A stretch of 64,000 bases of DNA from assembly GCF_001194135.2 (NCBI RefSeq), contig NC_068990.1, positions 72,977,414 to 73,041,413 on the forward strand, in the 5' to 3' direction. This DNA is from Octopus bimaculoides (taxonomy: Eukaryota). Shown one piece after another: positions 53,262-64,000 of the stretch (position 1 is the stretch's first letter; each line of letters starts with the position of its first letter). Position numbers and translations under genes: made by a program. The notes below the pieces were generated by a model. It worked only from the letters and a program-made list of their open reading frames with translations, did not search any database and was not told the origin of the DNA.

Positions 53262-54039
53262 CAAGCATAATGCGCGCCTAATAACAAATACACCTTGTTC
53301 ATTTCACCTGTCTTCAGGGGTGGGGTACAATTTTGAACCATATATAAATATATATTATATATATCAACAAGTATAGAATGCATATTATATACATATAAGA
53401 TTATATATATATACATAAGTATATATACACAAAAAATGCATGTTTATATATTTGTACACACATTTATATACGGTTATAAACATATAACTATTATACACAC
53501 ACACACACGCTCATATCATAAACATATATACATATAGAATACATATAATATAAATATGTATGTATATATATATATATATACATAACACACATATACGTAA
53601 CTACTTACCTACCTACATACACACATACACGTACGTATTAAATGCACACTCGAATGCATTATAGATGGATGCATACAGACACTTTCACATACGCATGGTA
53701 TGTCTCCTATGCAGGTGAGGCCACTGCATAGCTCAGATCAACCTCAACGCATGAGAAACGCAAAGATAATTTCCAAACTCTTTTAGAGGACCCATACATA
53801 CAACTGAATCCTGTGGCGCTCAGCAATCGTACCCATGTGAAACGATTTATGACACTTCGCTGTCACAAGGCAGTCGGCAGAACCATAAGCGCGTGGGAAC
53901 CACATGTCAGTACATGCGATTAAAATGTGTTCGATTCCTATCGATATCATATTTGTTTTCTCTGTCCGGGAACTAATGAAACCAAGAACTAAGATTAATT
54001 TAATGTTTCATATTAAAAAGAAACAAATTCCTATAAATA

Positions 54040-54372
54040 AATATATGAGTTCAGTCCATTGTGCAGCATCAACCCCGGACAGATCAAAGCCTAGTGAGTG
54101 GATTTAATAGACATAAGGTGAAAGAAGCCCGTCGTGTGTGTGTGTGTGCGCGCGCGCACATACGTACGTACGTATGTATATTCTCACCACTGCTTGGCAA
54201 CCGGAGTTGGTTTGCTTACAATCCCGTATATTAGTGGTTCAGCAAAAAAGACCACAATAGAATAAGTACCGGACTTCAAAAAAAAAAAAAGTACTGAGAT
54301 CGAATTTGTTCGTCTATAATGCCTTTAGGGCGCTGCTCCAGCACAGCCTCAGTTCAATGACTGAAACAAGAA

Positions 54373-54375
<3 letters not shown>
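54040..54375 (+). mobile_element. Family-B SINE retaining CpGs
   Basis: ccccggacagatcaaagcctagtgagtggatt...gaaagaagcccgtcg...caaccggagttgg...cccgtatattagtggttcagc. Confidence 0.8.
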
Positions 54376-54433
<58 letters not shown>

Positions 54434-54435
<2 letters not shown>

Positions 54436-54588
54436 AGTGGGGGAGACCAGTTCCTGGGGTTACCCTGAGTTTCACGCCCATAAGGGGTTAAGCCTTTTTA
54501 AAAAGGCCAGCAGTATTTGGGGTCTGAAGATAGCCACCCCTTATGAGCGAGTAACCCAGGGTAACCCTATAAACCGGTCTCCCCATTA
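54434..54588. mobile_element. 155-bp MITE with ~52-bp TIRs
   Basis: gtgggggagaccagttcctggggttaccctgagtttcacgcccataagggg versus reverse complement of the right arm atggggagaccggtttatagggttaccctgggttactcgctcataagggg. Confidence 0.85.
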
Positions 54589-54653
54589 AAATATTAACTG
54601 CTCTACATCTTAGAGTGTGCTTCTTCCTCCGTATTTATGTATTTCTACAAACG

Positions 54654-54693
<40 letters not shown>

Positions 54694-55173
54694 CTGAGGG
54701 TTGGATCTCACTCACGTGTTTCTCCCCCATCGGTCCCCCCGCAACCGCCATCCCCGTAGCATCTAAAACAGCTACAGGGATATAGAAATGCAAGTGGTGG
54801 TGGTGGCTAGCAATCAGGAATGTTGCAGGCCAAGCTTTTAAAGCGGCGTTAATAAACCATGTGTCATCAAAAGTTATAGTAAAAGCACTAGTGTAACGTT
54901 TGCTGGTGGTAGTGTGGTAGTGGTGGTGGTGGTATTACTTAGTATACATATATTTAACCATTTCCTACGGACACCGGCTTCTCTACAATTACGGCCTCGC
55001 GCACCGCGCATACTTTATTCCCCGATAAATGAAAGGATAGATAAATTTTTAATCCAAGATAAGAAATTCTTTAGGTTTTTGTTTGCGACACGAGAAAGCA
55101 AAACGCTTTTTTCCATGAGAAAAAAAAAAAACTTGATACAGACACATACATATAAACGTGTGTGCATGTGTGA

Positions 55174-55209
<36 letters not shown>

Positions 55210-55696
55210 ATCGATATCATTCAAATGCGTGTGTGGGGAGGGGTAAGTCATATATTCAACAAAAGTAGAATGAATATATAGACACGCGCATATATGTATG
55301 TATGTATGTATGGATGGATGTATGTACATGGGGAGTAGGTAGAAAATGAGACGAGAATGTGTAATATTCATGGCTTTCACTAATAAATAAGTAAAAGGAG
55401 AGACATAAACAGCAAAGACTGGAAATCGGAGCTTTGGAATCGTAACTCAATTTGCTAGAAATAGCAGCTAAATCCTTTCTGAAGCCACAAAGTAACCATT
55501 TTAGCAAACGAAAGAGAAAGGGAAAGTACACGCTGGATAAATGATATGTTTCCCTGGGTATACCAAAGTAAAGGGTGGACATGTACATTCGAGGTGGGAC
55601 TGGGTGGGACTGAAAAAGAAAAAAAATAAATAAATAAATAAACATTTGGGAACAAGAATCAGGTCGCAAACGAAGCATGCAGGTAAGATTGATTAC

Positions 55697-55920
55697 CTTA
55701 ACGCCACAGCGTTCGGGGACGGTGGAGTAGTGATCTGGTACAAAAACAGATCTCTCTATTCCTCTGGAAAATGAAGAATTTTAAATGTTGTGGCGTTCAT
55801 ACCTTAGATCGAAGAGTATTAAATCAAATTAAGCGAGCGACGTAAAAAAAACTAATAATAATAATAATTCGGAGATTCGGAACCGGACAGTCACAGGACT
55901 CCATCTAAACACGCCGGTAG
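55697..55920 (-). promoter_or_regulatory. Candidate promoter / 5'UTR first exon of a minus-strand host gene
   Basis: CpG-rich, non-repeat sequence ending in a donor-like AAG|GTAATC (exon end 55697). It lies about 2 kb inside the CpG-retaining zone that borders the long CpG-depleted region. There is no transcript evidence. Confidence 0.25.
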
Positions 55921-56039
55921 CTTTGCTTACTTTCTTGTCAATGATGCTGATTTTTTTAATTTTTATTATTGTATTAAACTATTATTACAATGCCGAAGAA
56001 GAAGAAGAAGAAGAAGAATATATATATATATACACATAC

Positions 56040-56255
56040 GGCGGCAAAGTAGGAGAAACGTTAGCGCGCCGACCAAAATGCTTAATGGCATTTCCTTTGG
56101 TTCTTTAAGTTCTGAGTTCAAGTTCTACCGAGGTTACCTTTGCCGTTTATCTTTTTGGGGTTGATGAAATAAGTACCAACCAAGTACTAAGGTCGATGCA
56201 ATCGATTAATCCCCTCTCTTGGAACTGCTGGCCTTGTGCCAAAATTTGAATTCAT
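56040..56255 (+). mobile_element. Family-A SINE retaining CpGs
   Basis: ggcggcaaagtaggagaaacgttagcgcgccgaccaaaatgc...ctgagttcaagttctaccgagg...gtcgatgcaatcgatt. Confidence 0.85.
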
Positions 56256-56438
56256 TGTTATTATTGTTGTTGTATGTGTTAATATACAAGATACTAAAAT
56301 AGAGCATGAGATATGCTCGAGCATAGGCTATGGGTTTTATATACCTTACATACACATGTGTATGCATATAGAATATATTATATATATATATAGGTGTGTA
56401 TGTAGGGATATATGTGTACCTATACATGTATGTGTAGT

Positions 56439-56496
<58 letters not shown>

Positions 56497-57324
56497 AAAT
56501 GCATATTCACACACGTACAGATGTATATATCTGTACGTGTATATATATATACACACACATATACGTATACATGTAAATATCTGTACGAGTATATTATATA
56601 TATATATATATATATAGAATACATATATATATTTACGTATACACGAATATATTTGTACGTGTAAACATGTACACATATAGATACACAAGTGTTTATATAT
56701 ACATACACAAGTGTGTATATATATACATACACATAAACACCTGTATCTATGTGTGCATACATACATATGCGTGCGTGTACCTGTACGAGCGCGCGGGCGT
56801 TAATATTTTGTTTGTTTTTTATCTATGTCGACCTGTCCTACTTATGAGAGAAGCAGACATCGGCAGCTGAAAAAAAAAAGCTGACCGCTTAAATAGCCTT
56901 AAAATGGAGCAGAAAACTCAAGTTTGTAGATGGATTATCGCTGAAAGTTCGTGCAAAACATCTGATAAGCATTTGTCAGTGAAATAATAAAGTATTTCTT
57001 ACCTGAAACAGCTACAAAAATAATATTAATCTTTCTCCATTATTATGTGTTATGTAGTAGGTACGCAAATAAAAAAAAAGCTCTACAAATAACAAACATC
57101 TATATTTATATATACATATACATATATATATAAATACACACACCCATACACACACATAGTTAGATAGATAGATAGATAGATTGATAGATAGATATAAACA
57201 AATGGCGTTATGAGAGCTGTTTCGTACCTTTTAGCAATGAAGAGTTACCCAGCATGGCCTAATTTTGTGACCTAGATTTCTCTCGCTCTCATTCTTTCGT
57301 ATATATGTTAAAAAATAATATCAC

Positions 57325-57358
<34 letters not shown>

Positions 57359-58107
57359 CGGCAACAAAATAACAGGAATGACAACAGCAACGAGACCAGC
57401 AATGATTAGTAATCATAAAAAATATAATAATTCTATTTTACCCAAGATGTTGGGTGAAATGGGACAAGTATTGTGACATTCATGCCTTTTCGAAAATGTG
57501 ATCGCAGATTTGCATCCAGAAATTTATCTATAGAAATAGTAATTTCTTTTCAACTTTTGCAGAATGTACAATAAAAAGTTTCATAGGGGGACACGTGGAG
57601 AGTCTGTTTAAACAATTTTCTAATATATTGGTGGTACTTAATTTATCGACCCCCGGGAGGGAGTGAAACGTAAAGTCAACCACGACAGGAAATTTTTTCG
57701 TTCTTTTTATTTAATATATTTACATACCCAAAAAGGGAACAGAGGATGACTCTGTGTGTGTGTGTGTGTGTGTGTACATATGTCTGTATATATGTGTATA
57801 TATATAGAAAAATATACATATATATATATGCACATATACATACATATATTAATGTATGCATATATATATNNNNNNNNNNATATATTATTTCTATCTATAT
57901 GTGTGTGTATGTATATATATGTGTGTGTGTGTAAAGTTCGACACAACTCTACATTGCTGGAGGTTTCGTGGGCAAATGCATATACATACATATATATCCT
58001 TATAACTATATATGAGAGTTTGAATACATATATACACACATTCATATGTATCCCTATATAAATATAGACACATATACCCGATATATTTATGTACATATAC
58101 ATTCCTA

Positions 58108-58148
<41 letters not shown>

Positions 58149-58198
58149 GTAGATATAGATGTGTAAATATGTATCTATATATGTGTGTATGTGCGCGC

Positions 58199-58232
<34 letters not shown>

Positions 58233-59699
58233 CGCATATATATATACGTGCGCATGTTTATGCATACCTTTGCGTATATATCATATATATGTATGTGTGT
58301 GATATACAATGTTTTACACATATATACATATATATATATTATACAATACATTACGCATACATATATACATATATATGTTATACAATATGATATGCAGAAA
58401 CCTTTGTAATTAAATATTCAACAAAAGTAACTAAAAAAAATCTCCCAAATAGAAAAGATTAGCAGGAGCAAACATTTAGAGAAGGAACCAAATTCTGGTA
58501 GCCCTCTGTTCCAGCCTTTGATAACTAAATTCTAAAACTGGAGCGTTGAATAACTTGCATCTTGCAACTTTCACCTTTCTTAACATTTATCTGAGTACAC
58601 GACTTTCCTCTCCACCCTAATTTTATCTACAGAAAAAAAAATGAAGATTTTATTTATTTATTTATTTATTTTCTTGTTAAGTTGTAGGGGTGGGTGATTC
58701 AATGAGGTCTTCGTTGAACAAGTGAAAAAAAATAAAAGATATCGGCCCTCATAGCTTTTCAACCCAGGACATCTTTTCACCAGTTATGTATTGGCCACCC
58801 ATACAAGAAAAATTTAACTGACTGACCATCCTTATTACAACAAGTTGTAATAATCAAGATTAATTAGATCCGTAACAAGACTATTTTACACCTGATAGAG
58901 CGTGATTAATCTTAGAAAGAGAAAGAATAAGCTCATACATTTAAAATCGCAATATTTCGATATTAAAATTTTTTTCTTTTCAAGAAATTTTTAGGAATTT
59001 TGCGTACTTTTCAAGGGTAGCTGAGCTGACCCTGTCCCCACCTTGTTTAAAAACCATGTCATCAACGCGATAGATAATTTAATTATAAATGTAATTCATT
59101 TTATTGACCATAAGGGCGCAAGGCATTGGTACCAGTGTGAGAATGAAATACAAACAGTTTGAGATGGGGAAAGATTTTCTTTGGAAAAAGAAGGCCAAAA
59201 TCAACAATAACAATAAGAATGAAGCACGATAATAAAAGAATAAGAATAAATAGCAATATTTTTTCTTTTTTAATTTCCTATTTACATAGGCGCGCTCTAG
59301 CCTGAGTTGCAGTAGTTGATTAAATTAAATCTACCCCAATACTTCACTGGTATTTAAATGATATAATAATAATGGTTGGCATAATTGTTCTTAATAGGAA
59401 TTTAGAAATGTTTACCTTATATATTATTTCCCCGTTCTTCTTTTTCTATTTTCGCCACATTCCGGTAAGACAACGTAGGTTTTTGTTGGTTTCTAAAGGT
59501 CGATTATGATTGTTACTATTATTATTACTTCACGGCAATGGAAAGGATAACGACCGATCGGCCACCAGCAAGCACCCCCTTTCAAGCGGTTGTTACCCTC
59601 ATTTCCACATGGGAGTGGCAACTTGTCAGCCTCTTACACATCCGCACACATACACACGCACATATACGCAAGTACCGTAACGAGCCAACGAAGGAGCCT

Positions 59700-59935
59700 C
59701 AAAATCGTCGCTTGACATGCTAGAAATAGCAGCCAAATATCATATCCCACCCTACCGTCTTGAAAAACAGAACGTGTTGGATAAGGTGGTCTTGAATTTC
59801 CTGTATAAATAGATATATATATATAAAATAAGAAAAAAGATGGGATGGATTGGTCACGATGGGAACGTCTTTAATCATGTTTGTTCGGTCAAGGCTAACC
59901 TGGGGTTTAACAACACAACAGCGCAACGCACAACA
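59700..59935 (+). mobile_element. Family-D repeat
   Basis: gctagaaatagcagccaaatatc...ccctaccgtcttgaaaaa...gatgggatgg...tggtcacgatgggaacgtctttaatcatg...aacctggggtttaacaacac. Confidence 0.65.
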
Positions 59936-61254
59936 CATAACATACACACACACACATTCGTTCTACTTTCATTCGTCCGTTCTTCTAGCCTAATTTCTTC
60001 GTGTCTTCCTAACTTCGTAATGAGGGCGAAACGGAAACAAAAATTACGCAAACCTGCTTTAAAAAGCAAAATATATTTCGATTCAACGCCTATCATCCTC
60101 ATCATCTAAACAAAGAAAGACTTGATTTTCTGCAGATTTTTGTTATTATTTTACCTATCATTAATATTACATATTTATAAATAGTTCTATTGAGTATGAA
60201 CTTTCAGGGATAAACTTTAGCCAACGCAAACCAGAACCAGTTTTCTTTCTGGGGTTAGGAACTGTGATATGTTATATCAGACAAAACATGACACACAATT
60301 ATACTTCTTATATGGTGAGATTGCGTGTTTATATATATATATATATATATATATNNNNNNNNNNNNNNNNNNNNNNNNNNNNNNNNNNNNNNNNNNNNNN
60401 NNNNNNNNNNNNNNNNNNNNNNNNNNNNNNNNNNNNNNNNNNNNNNNNNNNNNNNNNNNNNNNNNNNNNNNNNNNNNNNNNNNNNNNNNNNNNNNNNNNN
60501 NNNNNNNNNNNNNNNNNNNNNNNNNNNNNNNNNNNNNNNNNNNNNNNNNNNNNNNNNNNNNNNNNNNNNNNNNNNNNNNNNNNNNNNNNNNNNNNNNNNN
60601 NNNNNNNNNNNNNNNNNNNNNNNNNNNNNNNNNNNNNNNNNNNNNNNNNNNNNNNNNNNNNNNNNNNNNNNNNNNNNNNNNNNNNNNNNNNNNNNNNNNN
60701 NNNNNNNNNNNNNNNNNNNNNNNNNNNNNNNNNNNNNNNNNNNNNNNNNNNNNNNNNNNNNNNNNNNNNNNNNNNNNNNNNNNNNNNNNNNNNNNNNNNN
60801 NNNNNNNNNNNNNNNNNNNNNNNNNNNNNNNNNNNNNNNNNNNNNNNNNNNNNNNNNNNNNNNNNNNNNNNNNNNNNNNNNNNNNNNNNNNNNNNNNNNN
60901 NNNNNNNNNNNNNNNNNNNNNNNNNNNNNNNNNNNNNNNNNNNNNNNNNNNNNNNNNNNNNNNNNNNNNNNNNNNNNNNNNNNNNNNNNNNNNNNNNNNN
61001 NNNNNNNNNNNNNNNNNNNNNNNNNNNNNNNNNNNNNNNNNNNNNNNNNNNNNNNNNNNNNNNNNNNNNNNNNNNNNNNNNNNNNNNNNNNNNNNNNNNN
61101 NNNNNNNNNNNNNNNNNNNNNNNNNNNNNNNNNNNNNNNNNNNNNNNNNNNNNNNNNNNNNNNNNNNNNNNNNNNNNNNNNNNNNNNNNNNNNNNNNNNN
61201 NNNNNNNNNNNNNNNNNNNNNNNNNNNNNNNNNNNNNNNNNNNNNNNNNNNATA

Positions 61255-61286
<32 letters not shown>

Positions 61287-61856
61287 GTGAGAATTCGCAA
61301 AACAAAAACAACAGACGAAGACAGGTGGTGTAGAAAACAAATAGATGTATAGGTATAACGCTCGCGAATTGAAAAAGTCTTTAACGTTTCGAGTCTACGC
61401 TCTTCCACAGAAAGAAACAAGGAGAGAAAAAAATGTGTGTAGTGGTTAGTGATCTATCATGGCGTGTGCGTGCACGCACACAGTACATGCATGTTGTGTA
61501 ATACAAATTCTAATTATTTATGGATTAGTATCACGTTAGTACAAACCTAATATTTAATCCATATCCTACGAAGAAACATAAGAACCTGCAGTATTCTTGG
61601 TACATAAAGCAAATAAAACAGAACGAAAAACATGTAACATAACTGGTAGTGAAATTCTATCGTTAGTTACCACGCGATTATCATCGTGATTTCGACACCT
61701 TAAAGCAAGATCACACTTCTAATGGTGTTAAACGGTATTAGAAGATATAGGGCTTTCCTATAAGTAGGTTATCTCCCTTGGCTAGGCGGCGCTCCATGTA
61801 GATAATTAAACTTCCGGAGGCTAACCCACGCCATTGTTATTGTTTTACGTCTTATC

Positions 61857-62033
61857 ATGGATATAAAGCAGCTTGATGATTCAGCTATCGAAGTACTTAC
61901 TGTGCCTGAGTTAAAGAAATATTTAAGATTATATGGACAGTATGTTACTGGAAGAAAGGCGGACTTGATTGAAAAGTTGAAAGGTATAAAAATTCTGTCG
62001 ATATGTCAACAAAATAAATTCATCGGACGATAA
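61857..62033 (+). pseudogene. SAP-domain ORF fragment, 58 aa (missed by the ORF track)
   Basis: MDIKQLDDSAIEVLTVPELKKYLRLYGQYVTGRKADLIEKLKGIK... matches the SAP consensus LTV.ELK..L+..GL..+G.KA+LI.RL. It probably continues in another frame (VNKINSSDDKSEVS) into the gap. Confidence 0.75.
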
Positions 62034-62170
62034 GTCTGAAGTATCGGNNNNNNNNNNNNNNNNNNNNNNNNNNNNNNNNNNNNNNNNNNNNNNNNNNNNN
62101 NNNNNNNNNNNNNNNNNNNNNNNNNNNNNNNNNNNNNNNNNNNNNNNNNNNNNNNNNNNNNNNTTACCTC

Positions 62171-62404
62171 GTGCTACGGATGAAAGTAAAGCAACAGTTA
62201 AGGAGTGGCATATTTTACCACGACAGACACGTACACAGCATCGAATACCACGATGTGAGTGAAAGCTGCTCTCACTGTATTGTCCGGTGTCTGGTAATCC
62301 CTTCGCTACCGACATCAAACCAAAAAAAGAATCCTGACCACAGAGTGTGGGTAATTATATCAAATGTTACTGGCAATGTGCATTCAGCTGATTGCAACTG
62401 TTAA
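62171..62404 (+). pseudogene. Fragment ending in the first half (CxC) of a SWIM-like Zn finger
   Basis: HVHSIEY...CIVRCLVIPS...KKNPDHRVWVIISNVTGNVHSADCNC* resembles the V.PS...Y.VWV....G.V..A.C.C-(AG..C.H) pre-SWIM pattern of TE-associated proteins. It is truncated at CNC. Confidence 0.55.
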
Positions 62405-63227
62405 AGCAAGTCACTGAGCATGCGTACATGTCATACGGGAGAGTTCTAATCAGGGGTGGGTAACACCTTATAGGAAAGCCCTATAGTCTAGCGCTGTTTG
62501 ACAATATACAAACGCAGTTTGCATTCGGAATAGAAAACACAAACGCATACCGCGTAAAAACTAACATAAATTGAAAATTAAAATATATATATATAAGTTA
62601 TAATTAGATATATCTATAAATGAAATAGTAATAAATGAAACATAAGAAACATGTTTTGATTAAGAAAGACGAAAGACTAATGGAGTAAAAAAAAAAGAAA
62701 AAGAGTTTAGACCAGGCGGGAACAACTTTTTTCGAGAAGCAAGTTACATGCGATATGACGGGCCTCACCACTAAGAAATTTTAGGTAATTTTTCATTAAG
62801 GCTTGCCATTCAGAAAGTCCTGCAGGCTTCAGTTTTTTCATGACCTACGTGGATAATTAGCGTTCAAACACTAAGATGCCCATCATATATGTGTATGGGT
62901 GTGTATACTCCCTTTTTATCCTTTTAGATTGTATACTATATATGCTTTCCTCCTATTGTATACTGTGAATACTTATATATAAATATATGTATATACGTGT
63001 GGAATTTGACTGTTAACGACCGCTGATGTGTGTGTGTGTAAATTATTCAACTGGCTATTCTCAGTTTACAACCGAAAAGCACAAATATAGACGTCACTAA
63101 AGTGACAGAGGGTGCTTGTTAGCACTAGCATTGCTAGAAATAAGAGTCAAAACAACCCTTAGCCATCTATCTCATTTCATTATATTATCATCATTATTAT
63201 TATTGTTATTATTATTATTATTATTTT

Positions 63228-63370
63228 AGTATGCCGACCAAAATGCTTAGCGGTATTTCGTCTGCCGCTACGTTCTGAGTTCAAATTCCGCCGAGGTCGA
63301 CTTTGCCTTCCATCCTTTCGAAGGTCGATAAATTAAGTACCCAATGTAGTGCTGGAATCGATGTAATAGA
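63228..63370 (+). mobile_element. Family-A SINE with CpGs intact (5'-truncated)
   Basis: atgccgaccaaaatgcttagcggtatttcgtctgccgctacgttctgagttcaaattccgccgaggtcgac. Confidence 0.9.
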
Positions 63371-63377
63371 CAATCTC

Positions 63378-64000
63378 CGGATATTTGTGATTTGACGGGC
63401 AACATTTTTTTATGTAGTGTTTTTGGTACCGAAACACTTTCAAACTTCGAATACTTGTATATTTTGTGTTATAGAACAGATAAAAAATTTTGTATTCGAA
63501 GTTATTTCATGTAAAAAATTGTCGTATTTCGGTAATTTCAACCAATCACTGACGTCTATTGAGGTGAAAACAATTACGCCGTGGAATATAAACAACGGTG
63601 TTACAGTATTTTTTCCCTTGAATAAAATTAGTGCCGTTGTTTTGTCAACAAAAACTATCCGTTGTCAACAACAACTATCAGCGGTATANNNNNNNNNNAC
63701 CCTATAACTCATAACCCTAACCCTAACCCTAACCCTAACCCCAACCCTGACCCCAACCCTAACCATAACCCTAAAATCCTAAACTCTTACTAGGGAATAA
63801 TGATATAATTAAACAGGGAATAACACACTTGACACCAAACAGCACTAACTGTATTCAGCTGAATAGACGTCAGTGATTGGTTGAAATTACAGAAATACGA
63901 CAACTTTAACATGAAATAACTTGCGATGTACAATTTTTTGTTAAGAAGGTTAAGAGAAGAAGTTGTTTTATATGACACATTCTACCAGTGTCCCAAGTTT
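63378..64000. mobile_element. Long-armed foldback element with a telomere-like core; the right end runs off the window
   Basis: Inverted arms at about 63442-63590 and 63830-64000 contain a perfect 29-bp match (63532-63560 with 63862-63890). Confidence 0.75.
63699..63784 (+). repeat. Interstitial (TAACCC)n telomere-like repeat
   Basis: Five perfect TAACCC units at 63712-63741, plus degenerate units (CAACCC, TGACCC, TAACCA). Confidence 0.9.

Larger units (their letters stand above)
61746..62485 (+). mobile_element. Small TIR DNA transposon derivative encoding SAP-domain and SWIM-like fragments (possibly ISL2EU/PHIS-related)
   Basis: Perfect 19-bp inverted repeat tatagggctttcctataag (61746-61764) and cttataggaaagccctata (62467-62485), enclosing the coding fragments described in the next two entries. 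Confidence 0.8.

Noticed and set aside
62705-62885. Possible hAT MITE (caggcgggaacaactttttc...)
   Set aside because: The right terminus and TSD could not be identified.
1-64000. tRNA genes, CRISPR arrays or prokaryotic operons
   Set aside because: The A/B-box motifs belong to SINE heads without complete cloverleaves. There is no repeat-spacer array, and the sequence is eukaryotic.

Overview
AT-rich eukaryotic (animal) genomic DNA with 9 assembly gaps, many of them flanked by (AT)n microsatellites. The abundant tRNA-headed SINEs match my recollection of octopus/cephalopod SINE families, so the source is probably Octopus (inference, not database-verified). No intact, recognisable host protein-coding gene is visible. 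Most ORFs in the track are microsatellite, N-gap or low-complexity artefacts. The recognisable coding-like segments are decayed transposable elements: RTE- and CR1-like LINE pieces, a helicase-less Helitron (about 36.6-38.8 kb), an internally deleted DD37D/maT-like Tc1/mariner element (51.8-52.6 kb), a mariner-derived MITE, hAT- and piggyBac-like MITEs, and a small TIR element encoding a SAP domain plus the start of a SWIM-like zinc finger (61.7-62.5 kb). There are also several foldback/palindromic structures, including a 248-bp hairpin and a long-armed element with a (TAACCC)n core. CpG content switches near 53.6 kb from depleted (left) to retained (right). This fits a methylated gene body on the left, probably of a minus-strand gene whose first exon may lie near 55.7-55.9 kb, but this host gene is only inferred. 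I did not find convincing evidence of a wholly new biological system. The best candidates for novelty are uncharacterised TE families and dsRNA-forming structures. Repeat boundaries are approximate unless termini or TSDs are quoted.
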